Below, one piece after another: positions 10,529-18,760 of a DNA stretch of 33,390 nt (positions are counted from its first letter, which is position 1; every line of letters begins with the position of its first letter). Below the pieces are notes generated by a model. That model was not told where the DNA came from and ran no database searches. It saw only the letters and a program-made list of their open reading frames with translations. The stretch lies in sequence record SRR20825006_689; one strand, 5' to 3'. Both the position numbers and the translations under genes were made by a program.

Positions 10529-12511
10529 CTATTTTTTAGGCAACCATACTTTCATTTTTCCTATTCCTCTGTTTGACCATGCATAATAAGGAATGGCTTT
10601 TAATTTATTGTTCTCTATTACATTAACCCCTTCTAAAAGATCGTTCTCCTTTTTTACTTGAAAAGTATCGTCATTAGAAATCGTAATAGCATCAAAATTA
10701 TTTTTATTATCTATTTCTTCCACTGCATATACAATTGGACCATATTCCAAAGCAATTTTCCCACGGTCTTCTTCCACTTTTTCATTTGCTAATACTTCTC
10801 TAACTTCCATTGGAATCTCTAAAGAAATGGTTTCTCCTTTTTTCCAGTTTCGAGTAAGTGTTATATATCCATTATCAATTGTTGCTTCCACTAGCTCTCC
10901 ATTAACCTTAACTTCTGGTACTGCTTTTATTTTTTCTTTATATGAATAAAGTGTTCCTGGGAGCACCTCATTTCTTGCCCAACCTGGAATTCGTAATTTT
11001 ATAGTAAAATCTGACGCTGTTTCTGGAGTAACTGTTAACTTAACACTTCCATTCCATGGATAAGAAGTTTCCTGAGTAATAGCTATAGCTGTTTTCTCCA
11101 AGCCTATTGTTGCCTGATTTGCAGCATATAGATTTACAAATACTGTATCGGAAGTTTTAGAATAAATTAACCCAGGTAAAGAAGGAATAAAACGAATTAC
11201 ATTAGTAGGACAACAAGAGCAATCAAACCAATCTTTTCGGGTACATGCCCCTTGATTAAATTTATACACTCCATCTGATTCTAATGCATTTGGATAGAAA
11301 AATTGAGTCCCGTTTAATGAAAGTCCAGAAATTAAACCATTATACAATGTACGTTCAATAACATCAAAATACTTTACATTCCCAGTCATATTATGCAATC
11401 TATGATTCCAATAGACATCTCCAATTGCAGCACAAGTTTCGTTATAAGCAGTTAAATTAGGAAGTTCATAATTTTCTCCAAATGCCTCACCTTCATGCCT
11501 AGCTCCTATTCCACCAGTGAGATACATTTTTTTATTTACCATATTCTCCCAAAGGTTATCTACAGCTTTATGGTAAGCGGTATCATTCTCAATAGCCGCA
11601 ATATCCGTCATAGCGGCATACATATAAACAGCTCTAACAGCATGTCCCACTACTTCATCTTGTTCTATAACAGGAACATGATCTTGAGCATAGGGACCAA
11701 AATCCATTCTTCCTTCATGAAACCCTCTTCCATCTAAAAAGTATTTTGCCAATTCTAAATACTTCTTTTCGTTGGTAATTCTATACAACCTTATCAATCC
11801 TGTTTCTATAATTTGGTGTCCTGGAACCGTATGGATTTTTCCATCTTCTGCCCCAAAGGTTTCTACCATTAAATCTGCATTTTTTAAAGCTATATTTAAG
11901 AAATTCTTTTTCCCAGTAGCCTCGTAATGAGCAGCAGCAGCTTCGTATAAATGTCCAGCATTGTATAATTCATGACTCATCTCTAAAGATTCCCAACGTT
12001 TCCCTTCATTAACCTTTACCCACGTTGCTGGGGGATGAGCAGGATTTATAGTTCGCCAAGTAGTTAGATAACCATCTTTTTCCTGACCAATACTTATTAC
12101 ATTAATAATGGAATCTAATAAAGTTTCTAGTTGAGGATTCGGTGCACTAATTAAAGAGTAAGATGCTCCTTCAACAATTTTATAAACATCGGTATCATCA
12201 AAAGGCATAACACCTTTTACTTCGCCTTCCATTTTTCCTCCAGCAATTAAGAAGTTATCAAAGCGACCTTCTTCTGTAGATTTTTCTATAGCGTATTCTA
12301 TAGTTCTTTCTTGTACTCTTTCTATAATAGGAAGCCAAAAATCATCATTCAATTTTACATGTTGAATATTTACCGATTCTATTTGGTAACCCGATTCATT
12401 CTCAATTTTTGTAGTAACACCTTCCTTCTGACTTTCTTGCTGACAAGAAAATAATAACAATAAAGAAAATGTTACTAAAATAATACTGTCAATTCTTCTT
12501 AGACTTCTCAT
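10529..12511 (-). CDS. GH127 beta-L-arabinofuranosidase (HypBA1-like), lipoprotein
   Basis: Lipobox 'LLLLFSC'; motifs 'DTDVYK', 'HELYNAGH', 'GHAVRAVY', 'YNETCA' and 'WFDCSCCP' (Zn-Glu/Cys3 site of GH127). Confidence 0.93.
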   Translation of the reverse strand: MRSLRRIDSIILVTFSLLLLFSCQQESQKEGVTTKIENESGYQIESVNIQHVKLNDDFWLPIIERVQERTIEYAIEKSTEEGRFDNFLIAGGKMEGEVKGVMPFDDTDVYKIVEGASYSLISAPNPQLETLLDSIINVISIGQEKDGYLTTWRTINPAHPPATWVKVNEGKRWESLEMSHELYNAGHLYEAAAAHYEATGKKNFLNIALKNADLMVETFGAEDGKIHTVPGHQIIETGLIRLYRITNEKKYLELAKYFLDGRGFHEGRMDFGPYAQDHVPVIEQDEVVGHAVRAVYMYAAMTDIAAIENDTAYHKAVDNLWENMVNKKMYLTGGIGARHEGEAFGENYELPNLTAYNETCAAIGDVYWNHRLHNMTGNVKYFDVIERTLYNGLISGLSLNGTQFFYPNALESDGVYKFNQGACTRKDWFDCSCCPTNVIRFIPSLPGLIYSKTSDTVFVNLYAANQATIGLEKTAIAITQETSYPWNGSVKLTVTPETASDFTIKLRIPGWARNEVLPGTLYSYKEKIKAVPEVKVNGELVEATIDNGYITLTRNWKKGETISLEIPMEVREVLANEKVEEDRGKIALEYGPIVYAVEEIDNKNNFDAITISNDDTFQVKKENDLLEGVNVIENNKLKAIPYYAWSNRGIGKMKVWLPKK

Positions 12512-12535
12512 TTTAGGTAGTTTTGGCGGTTAACT

Positions 12536-12559
12536 TTTATAAGTGTGCAATTTACATTT
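12536..12559. promoter_or_regulatory. Candidate AraR (NrtR-family) operator, internal to the operon
   Basis: TTTATAAGTGTGCAATTTACATTT, i.e. AAGTGT(12541-12546)-N7-ACATTT(12554-12559). It is 20/24 identical to the site at 16241-16264 and lies about 30 nt upstream of the GH127 start. Confidence 0.75.
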
Positions 12560-12577
12560 TTAATTTTAAAAAACAAG

Positions 12578-13558
12578 TTAATCTAAATAATCCTTATCTA
12601 TTTTAGGCCATAACTCCTCATCCCATTGCAATTCTAATACCTTTAGCTTAGGTTTTCCATTATCTTGAGCATCATAAGCATGGAAAAACAAATAATCCTT
12701 TCCATCAAAAGTATAGGTACTATTATGTCCTAAACCATACCAGTTTTTATTCCCTTCTAATACTAAGGTACCTCCTCCATTTACTAATGATTTCCCATTT
12801 TGATCTAGATAAGGCCCCATTACTTTTTTAGACCTTCCAACTACAATTTTATAGGTACTTTCTTTACCTCTACAACATAAATCCCACGATAAAAACAGGT
12901 AATAATATCCGTTTTTCTTAAAAATAAAGGGTGCTTCTAAAGCTCCATTTCCAGGATCATTATCGGGAATCTTAAAGTCTCTTTCTCGTCTTGCAAGGGT
13001 GTGCCATTCTTCAGGTTTAGCAACCGATTTTAAATCCTTGCTTAATTTTACCAATTTTAAACCTTCCCAAAAAGAACCAAAAGACAACCATGGCGTATTG
13101 TTTTCATCAAATATTAAATTTGGATCAATAGCATTCCACATATCCCGATTGGGAACCGATTGAACAACAATCCCTGCGTCTTCCCATTTATAATTGGCAT
13201 CAGTAGCATCTAAGGTTGTATTTGTTGCTACACCTATTGCAGAAGTATTTTTTCCAAAGCTTGAAACCGAATAATATAAATAGTATTTTCCATTGTGAAA
13301 AGAAATATCTGGTGCCCAAATATGATTTTTAAAATTAGGAACAACACTATCTGTCCATGTTGGTTTTTGCTGAAATACGGCTGGCTCTTTCTTCCAATCT
13401 TTTAAATCTTTAGAACTGTAACTTGAAATTCCATTTCCTGTACAGAAAAGATAGTATGTATCTCCTTGTTTGGCAACTACAGGATCATGAACCATAATAT
13501 CTTGAGCTAAAATTCCTGCTGAAAACAGTACAATACATAATTGAAAAAATAATTTCAT
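12578..13558 (-). CDS. GH43 endo-1,5-alpha-L-arabinanase (GH43_5-like)
   Basis: Signal peptide; catalytic-site motifs 'VHDP', 'IWAPD', 'NAIDPN' and 'ALEAPF'; also 'SFGSFWEG' and 'DLCCRG' as in Arb43A-type arabinanases. Confidence 0.9.
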   Translation of the reverse strand: MKLFFQLCIVLFSAGILAQDIMVHDPVVAKQGDTYYLFCTGNGISSYSSKDLKDWKKEPAVFQQKPTWTDSVVPNFKNHIWAPDISFHNGKYYLYYSVSSFGKNTSAIGVATNTTLDATDANYKWEDAGIVVQSVPNRDMWNAIDPNLIFDENNTPWLSFGSFWEGLKLVKLSKDLKSVAKPEEWHTLARRERDFKIPDNDPGNGALEAPFIFKKNGYYYLFLSWDLCCRGKESTYKIVVGRSKKVMGPYLDQNGKSLVNGGGTLVLEGNKNWYGLGHNSTYTFDGKDYLFFHAYDAQDNGKPKLKVLELQWDEELWPKIDKDYLD

Positions 13559-13709
13559 GCGAATAAATTTAGTTTAAACATCTCATTTTAAATATTTTAT
13601 ATTATTTCACAAAGAATGACTCCCTTATAAAAATCTCTGCTTTATTCATTTTATTTTATGGAAACAATTACTTTGGCTATACTTAATCCCTTTATGAAGG
13701 ATTCATTAC

Positions 13710-14672
13710 TCAATCATTATTTTGAATTCCTTCAGAAGTCATTTGGATTCTCTTAATAGTTCCATCCTCATTATAGTATAAGCGGTCTATACAAACAGAA
13801 CGCCTAAAACTCCCCCCATTAGGTTCAATACTTCCATTATGATATATAAAATATGGGATTCCTTTATACTCAATTATGGCTTGATGGTTTGTGTTTGTAT
13901 TTCCTGCAACTTCATTTAAAATTCCTTTAAATTCCCATGGACCAGTAATAGATTTACTCATAGCATAGGCTGTTTTTTCAGGAAAACCATATGCATAAGA
14001 CAAATAATACCAGTCTCCTTTTTTATGTATCCAAGGAGCTTCTGTAAATTTAGGAAGGTCTACCGTATGGATGGGACCATCAAATTCTATCATATTTTCT
14101 TTTAATTTGGCATAATAACAAGCTGTATTACCCCAATATAAATAGGCTTGCCCATCATCATCTATAAAAACAGACGGATCAATATCATCCCAACTTATAT
14201 CTGTATGCTCGGTAGTCATATCATTAGTTACTAAAGCCTTTCCTAAAGCATCTTTAAAAGGTCCAGTTGGAGAATCGGAAACAGCTACACCAATTGCTTT
14301 TCCGTGTATGTTTTTATGAGTTACCGTAACATACCAATAAAACTTACCATCTCTTTCAATTACCTGTGCAGCCCAAGCATCTCCTTTAGCCCATTTAAAA
14401 TCGGAAGGTTTTAAAGGTACTGGATGCTCTTTCCAGTTTACCATATCTGTAGATGAGTATACCAACCATTCATCCATTTTATAAAAATGAAAATCTTTTG
14501 GAGCCTCATCATGCCCAGCATATAAATACACTGTGTTGTTATGTACCAATGCCGCAGGATCTGCCGTAAACTTGTCTTTAATAATTGGATTATTAAAATT
14601 TTCTTGATCTTGAGCTTCTGTTAATAATGTTCCTATAAAAAATAGAAACACACTATATAATTTTACTCTCAT
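13710..14672 (-). CDS. GH43 exo-alpha-L-arabinofuranosidase/xylosidase (GH43_29-like)
   Basis: Signal peptide; 'FTADPAALV', 'DAWAAQV', 'DIDPSVF', 'FTEAPWI', 'TNHQAI' and 'FRRSVC'. Subfamily assigned by motif resemblance. Confidence 0.85.
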   Translation of the reverse strand: MRVKLYSVFLFFIGTLLTEAQDQENFNNPIIKDKFTADPAALVHNNTVYLYAGHDEAPKDFHFYKMDEWLVYSSTDMVNWKEHPVPLKPSDFKWAKGDAWAAQVIERDGKFYWYVTVTHKNIHGKAIGVAVSDSPTGPFKDALGKALVTNDMTTEHTDISWDDIDPSVFIDDDGQAYLYWGNTACYYAKLKENMIEFDGPIHTVDLPKFTEAPWIHKKGDWYYLSYAYGFPEKTAYAMSKSITGPWEFKGILNEVAGNTNTNHQAIIEYKGIPYFIYHNGSIEPNGGSFRRSVCIDRLYYNEDGTIKRIQMTSEGIQNND

Positions 14673-14674
14673 AA

Positions 14675-16231
14675 TTATTTTATTTCAAAAACGATTACTG
14701 AAAAAGCAGGAACTTCAAGTTCAAGTGTTCCTTTCTTAAATTTAAAATCCTCATACTCTTTTACTACAATTTTGTTTGGATTTTCAAATGAATTATGATC
14801 CTGAACTTTAGCAGAAGTTAAGATGTTGGCTGTTGCCTTATTTAGCTTCATTTTTTGAAAATCTAGCGTAATCTTATGTGCTTTGTTCATATCAACATTT
14901 ACCAAAGAAACATGTGCTACTCCTTCTTTATTAATAGATGCAGACGCAGATATTGCTGGAACTGAATTTCCTTCAAACTCATATTTATCAGATTTTAAAT
15001 CTATTGGTAACAAGGTTGCATCTTGGTGCACCGCATACATTTTCATTACATGATAAGTTGGTGTAAGAATCATTTTTTCATCATCAGTAAGAATAACTGC
15101 TTGTAAAACATTTACGGTTTGCGCTAAATTAGCCATCTTAACACGTTCACTATGATTGTTAAAAATATTAAGTGTTGCCCCAGCAATCATGGCATCTCTC
15201 ATAGTGTTTTGTTGGTATAAAAAACCAGGATTAGTTCCTTCTTCCACATTATACCAGCCACCCCATTCATCTACTATCAAGTCTATTTTTTTATCAGGAT
15301 CATATTTGTCCATTACAGCAACATGCTTGGTTATTAAAGTCTCCATATTCAATGCACGCTCCATAGTTTTAAAATATTGCTTTTCATTGAAATTAGCTGC
15401 AGGACCTTTATCATTCCATTCTACAAAAGAATAAGAATGTAATGCCACACCTTCTATAAGATGCTTTGGAATGTCTCTCATTAAAACTTCTGTCCAATGA
15501 TAATCGTCTACATTTGCTCCAGAAGCAATTCTGTAAATCCCTTTATCATTATTCCAGCTACTCATAAAAGTAGCGTATTGACGATACAGATTTGCGTAAT
15601 ATTCTGGAGTCATATTACCACCACAACCCCACATTTCATTACCTACTCCCCAATAAGTTACTCCCCAAGGTTTATCTCTCCCATTTTCTTTACGAAGGTT
15701 TGCCATCGGACTCTCCCCGTCGTGATTTACATATTGGATCCAATCGGTAAACTCTTTTACGGTTCCGCTCCCAATATTAGCTGCCAAGTAAGGTTCTGCC
15801 CCCAAAGCCTCACATAAATTTAAAAAATCGTGAGTTCCAAAACTATTATCTTCGGTTACCCCACCCCACCATTGATTCACAATAGTAGGTCGGTCTTCTT
15901 TAGCTCCAATACCATCTTTCCAATGATACGTATCTGCAAAACAACCTCCTGGCCAACGTAAATTTGGTACTTTTAACTCTTTAAGTGCTTCAATAATATC
16001 TGTACGTACCCCGTTTGTATTAGGAATATTACTGTCTTCGCCTACATAAAAACCCCCGTAAATACAACGGCCTAAATGCTCTGCAAAATGCCCATAAATA
16101 TGCTTACTTATTATGGGAGCATTTTCCTTTTCTTGTATAGTAACTGTAGTTTGTGCACAAGTGACTCCTGCTAAAAGAAGGCAAAGTATCAATACAATAC
16201 CTCTTGATTTTATATTTTTTTTTGAAATCAT
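14675..16231 (-). CDS. GH51 alpha-L-arabinofuranosidase (Abf2/Xsa-type), secreted
   Basis: Signal peptide; 'IYGHFAEHLGRCIYGG', 'LRWPGGCFAD', 'GVGNEMWGCGG', 'VDEWG' and 'MANLAQTVNVLQ'. Confidence 0.94.
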   Translation of the reverse strand: MISKKNIKSRGIVLILCLLLAGVTCAQTTVTIQEKENAPIISKHIYGHFAEHLGRCIYGGFYVGEDSNIPNTNGVRTDIIEALKELKVPNLRWPGGCFADTYHWKDGIGAKEDRPTIVNQWWGGVTEDNSFGTHDFLNLCEALGAEPYLAANIGSGTVKEFTDWIQYVNHDGESPMANLRKENGRDKPWGVTYWGVGNEMWGCGGNMTPEYYANLYRQYATFMSSWNNDKGIYRIASGANVDDYHWTEVLMRDIPKHLIEGVALHSYSFVEWNDKGPAANFNEKQYFKTMERALNMETLITKHVAVMDKYDPDKKIDLIVDEWGGWYNVEEGTNPGFLYQQNTMRDAMIAGATLNIFNNHSERVKMANLAQTVNVLQAVILTDDEKMILTPTYHVMKMYAVHQDATLLPIDLKSDKYEFEGNSVPAISASASINKEGVAHVSLVNVDMNKAHKITLDFQKMKLNKATANILTSAKVQDHNSFENPNKIVVKEYEDFKFKKGTLELEVPAFSVIVFEIK

Positions 16232-16240
16232 ATAGGTTAA

Positions 16241-16264
16241 TTTATAAGTGTTATTTTTACATTT
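16241..16264. promoter_or_regulatory. Candidate AraR operator at the head of the arabinan operon
   Basis: TTTATAAGTGTTATTTTTACATTT, i.e. AAGTGT(16246-16251)-N7-ACATTT(16259-16264), lying between the putative -7 element and the GH51 start codon. Confidence 0.78.
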
Positions 16265-16265
16265 C

Positions 16266-16297
16266 CAAATTAATTAATAATTTTTCATAAAAACAAA
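16266..16297 (-). promoter_or_regulatory. Putative Bacteroidota primary-sigma promoter of the arabinan operon
   Basis: Minus strand reads TTTG(16297-16294)-N20-TTAATTTG(16273-16266), one mismatch to the TAnnTTTG -7 consensus. Confidence 0.55.
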
Positions 16298-16379
16298 TGA
16301 TTTATTAAACAATTCGTTTTTTTAATGTTATAAAAATAAACAAACCCTAATAAAAATAAATTTTAGCAGTTACAAAACT

Positions 16380-16409
16380 AACTACCTCAGAGCAAGCCCA
16401 AGAAGTGTT
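16380..16409. repeat. Degenerate copy of a small dispersed palindromic (REP-like) repeat
   Basis: AACTACCTCAGAGCAAGCC (16380-16398) matches AACTACCTCGAGGCAAGCC (33369-33387) at 16/19 positions. Both copies are intergenic. Confidence 0.55.
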
Positions 16410-16491
16410 TAAGCGAAATAACCTCAACCCAAAATTCTTCAACAAACTCTGGAAAATTAAATTAGCTATGTGGTATTAAAATTTGAATTCA

Positions 16492-16521
16492 TTGATTATT
16501 TTTAAAAAAAATGTAATTTTA
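16492..16521 (+). promoter_or_regulatory. Possible araR promoter
   Basis: TTG(16492-16494)-N19-TAATTTTA(16514-16521), a variant of TTG-N19-TAnnTTTG, about 28 nt upstream of the ATG at 16549. Confidence 0.35.
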
Positions 16522-16548
16522 CCCGTATTCTGTGAAAATCTACCCCAC

Positions 16549-17238
16549 ATGTTAAATAATTATAGTAAAGAAGATAAGGTATTACTTGCCGTAGATTGTA
16601 TCATTTTTGGGTTTGACAAAGAAGAACTTAAAATTTTATTGATTAAAAGAGATTTTGAGCCTGAAAAAGGAAAGTGGTCTCTTATGGGTGGATTTTTAAA
16701 ACGCAATGAAACGTTAGATGATTCGGCAAATAGGATTTTGCATCATTTAACGGGATTCCATAATATCTACATGGAGCAATTGTATGGTTTTAGTAAAGTG
16801 GACAGAGATCCAGCTGAACGAACCGTTTCTGTAGCCTATTATGCCCTTATCAACATTGAAGAGCATAACCAAGAATTAATTGAGCAATATTCTGCTAGGT
16901 GGTTTAGTATTTCTGAGGCTCCAAAATTAATTTTTGATCATGACCAAATGGTAAACCATGCTATTAGGCGTTTGCGCTATCGAACTTCAAACAAACCTAT
17001 TGGATTTGAATTATTACCTGAGAAATTTACAATGAGACAGCTTCAAAAACTTTATGAAGCTATTTTAGATGAAGAGCTTGATAAAAGAAATTTTATCAAT
17101 AAAATAAATGGTTTGGACATCCTTATAAAGTTGACAGAAAAAGATATGTCTTCCTCTAGAAAAGGTTCTTTTCTATATCAATTTGATAAAGAAAAATATG
17201 ACAAAAAAGTGGAAGATGGATTTACTTTTAAAATATAA
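16549..17238 (+). CDS. araR: NrtR-family (Nudix + winged HTH) arabinose repressor AraR
   Basis: 'AVDCIIFGF', degenerate Nudix box 'WSLMGGFLKRNETLDDSANRIL', 'DRDPAERTVSVAYYAL', and wHTH 'LLPEKFTMRQLQKLYEAIL..LDKRNF'. Divergent from the ara operon. ATG 16549 is preferred to the TTG at 16483. Confidence 0.88.
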   Translation: MLNNYSKEDKVLLAVDCIIFGFDKEELKILLIKRDFEPEKGKWSLMGGFLKRNETLDDSANRILHHLTGFHNIYMEQLYGFSKVDRDPAERTVSVAYYALINIEEHNQELIEQYSARWFSISEAPKLIFDHDQMVNHAIRRLRYRTSNKPIGFELLPEKFTMRQLQKLYEAILDEELDKRNFINKINGLDILIKLTEKDMSSSRKGSFLYQFDKEKYDKKVEDGFTFKI

Positions 17239-17269
17239 AAATCCCCCGAAAATAAATTCCGAGGGATTT
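17229..17269 (-). terminator. Terminator between the convergent araR and RND operon (best fit on the minus strand)
   Basis: Arms at 17239-17251 and 17257-17269. The two DNA mismatches become G-U pairs in minus-strand RNA (AAAUCCCUCGGAA/UUUCGGGGGAUUU), followed by UUAUAUUUU. Confidence 0.75.
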
Positions 17270-17313
17270 ATAAAGAAACAAATTCAACCACTTAAAACAA
17301 GTTTTTACACAAG

Positions 17314-18750
17314 CTATTCCACTACAGAATCAGGAAGTAATCCTAAGGCTTTAAACAAAGACACTCGCTCTTTAAGTTCTTGCCCAAAAAGCTGAACACT
17401 TAATTGTTCGGCCTCCAAAGCTTGTCGTTCTGCATCTACAACATCTATATAATTAATAAGCCCTTTTCTATACCTTTCATTTGTTAACTCTGCCGCGTTA
17501 TTTGCTGCTTTTACAAATTCTTGTTGTGCCAGCAATTGTTCATGCACCCATTTAATATTAGAAATGGAATTTTCTACTTGTCTATAAGACACTAGAACAT
17601 TTTGATTGTAAGCAGCTTCTGCTTGTTTTAATTCACTTTTTCTAAGTTTAATTTCTGCACGCTTTTTTCCACCTTCAAAAATTGGCAAGGAAGCCGAAAC
17701 TCCTGCTACCCATGTTCTACTATCATTCTCAATCCAATTATTACTGTCACCCGACAAGTAACCGAAGGCGCCATTTAGATAAAATGATGGTAACAATTGT
17801 TTCCATTGATTCTTTACCAAACTTTTAGATGATTCTAACATGAGTTTAGCAGATTTTAAATCGGGGCGTGTAGCAGTTAAAGAGTCCTTTTCCAAAAAGA
17901 TCAAATCTGGTGGCATATAGCTAATTTCTGTTTTATGTATACTGAAATTACTTGCATCTACTCCAACCAATGGTGCTAAAATAAGTTCGATTTCGGTTCT
18001 AAGTTTATGAATCCTTTTTATTTGAACTTGCACCGATGACAATTCAGTTTTAGCTCTTAAAACATCAATCTGACTTACCAAACCTGCTTCATAACGAGTT
18101 GTGGTTATTTCTAAATTATTCAACCTTGTTTTTTCTGTTTCTTTTAAAAGATCCTTTTCAGCATCAACCTGTAATAACAAGAAATAATTTTGAGCCACTT
18201 CTGTAATTACCTGTAGTAAAATATCTTTTCTACTTTCAACACTTGCATCGGCTGCCAAGCGGTTTGCTTTTACATTATCAATGTTCTTACCAAACACATC
18301 GAGCTCATAATTTACCGTAAGTGGAATATCAAAAGTATTAATAGTTACCCTATCTAATTGACCTCCAAAAGGGTTTGGTCTATTAGCCGAGAACTCTTGT
18401 CTAGCAACCGAAGGCTCCAAACGCAACGTTGGTAATAATGATGAAAATGCTATTCTTTTCTGCGCTATTGCCTGTTCTACTCTAGCCTGCGCTATCTTCA
18501 AGTCTTCATTATTTTGCAATGCCAAGGCTATTAAACTATCCAATTCCTTATAACCAAAAGCTTCCCACCATTTGTCTGTTTCAATAACAGGAGCTGCTTT
18601 TTTAGATATGGTGTCCGTTCCTATATACAGCACCTCATTTGTCTGCTCTGGCACATCCCATTTCCATGTGGAGGTACTGTCTTGACTATATCCAATTGAC
18701 TGATAGAATCCTATCAAAATCAATATAGTTTTTATAAATATCTGATTCAT
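17314..18750 (-). CDS. RND efflux outer-membrane factor (NodT/OprM/TolC family)
   Basis: 'WWEAFG..ELDSLIALALQNNEDLKIAQARV', 'YELDVFG', 'RYEAGLVSQIDV', 'RPDL', 'RYRKGLINYIDVVDAER' and 'LFKALG'. Start placed at ATG 18750 (MNQIF) to avoid overlap with the permease stop at 18761. Confidence 0.92.
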   Translation of the reverse strand: MNQIFIKTILILIGFYQSIGYSQDSTSTWKWDVPEQTNEVLYIGTDTISKKAAPVIETDKWWEAFGYKELDSLIALALQNNEDLKIAQARVEQAIAQKRIAFSSLLPTLRLEPSVARQEFSANRPNPFGGQLDRVTINTFDIPLTVNYELDVFGKNIDNVKANRLAADASVESRKDILLQVITEVAQNYFLLLQVDAEKDLLKETEKTRLNNLEITTTRYEAGLVSQIDVLRAKTELSSVQVQIKRIHKLRTEIELILAPLVGVDASNFSIHKTEISYMPPDLIFLEKDSLTATRPDLKSAKLMLESSKSLVKNQWKQLLPSFYLNGAFGYLSGDSNNWIENDSRTWVAGVSASLPIFEGGKKRAEIKLRKSELKQAEAAYNQNVLVSYRQVENSISNIKWVHEQLLAQQEFVKAANNAAELTNERYRKGLINYIDVVDAERQALEAEQLSVQLFGQELKERVSLFKALGLLPDSVVE

Positions 18751-18760
18751 TTTTATTTTT

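Noticed and set aside
16509-16526. Possible autoregulatory AraR site AAATGT-N6-ACCCGT
   Set aside because: The spacer is 6 rather than 7 and one half-site is poor; it is better explained as the -7 promoter element.
16483-16548. 22-codon N-terminal extension of AraR from the TTG at 16483
   Set aside because: It is AT-rich promoter-like sequence, and NrtR-like sequence begins only after the ATG at 16549.
17183-17395. 70-aa ORF overlapping the araR end and the OMF end
   Set aside because: It crosses a terminator hairpin and two convergent genes, and has no protein features.
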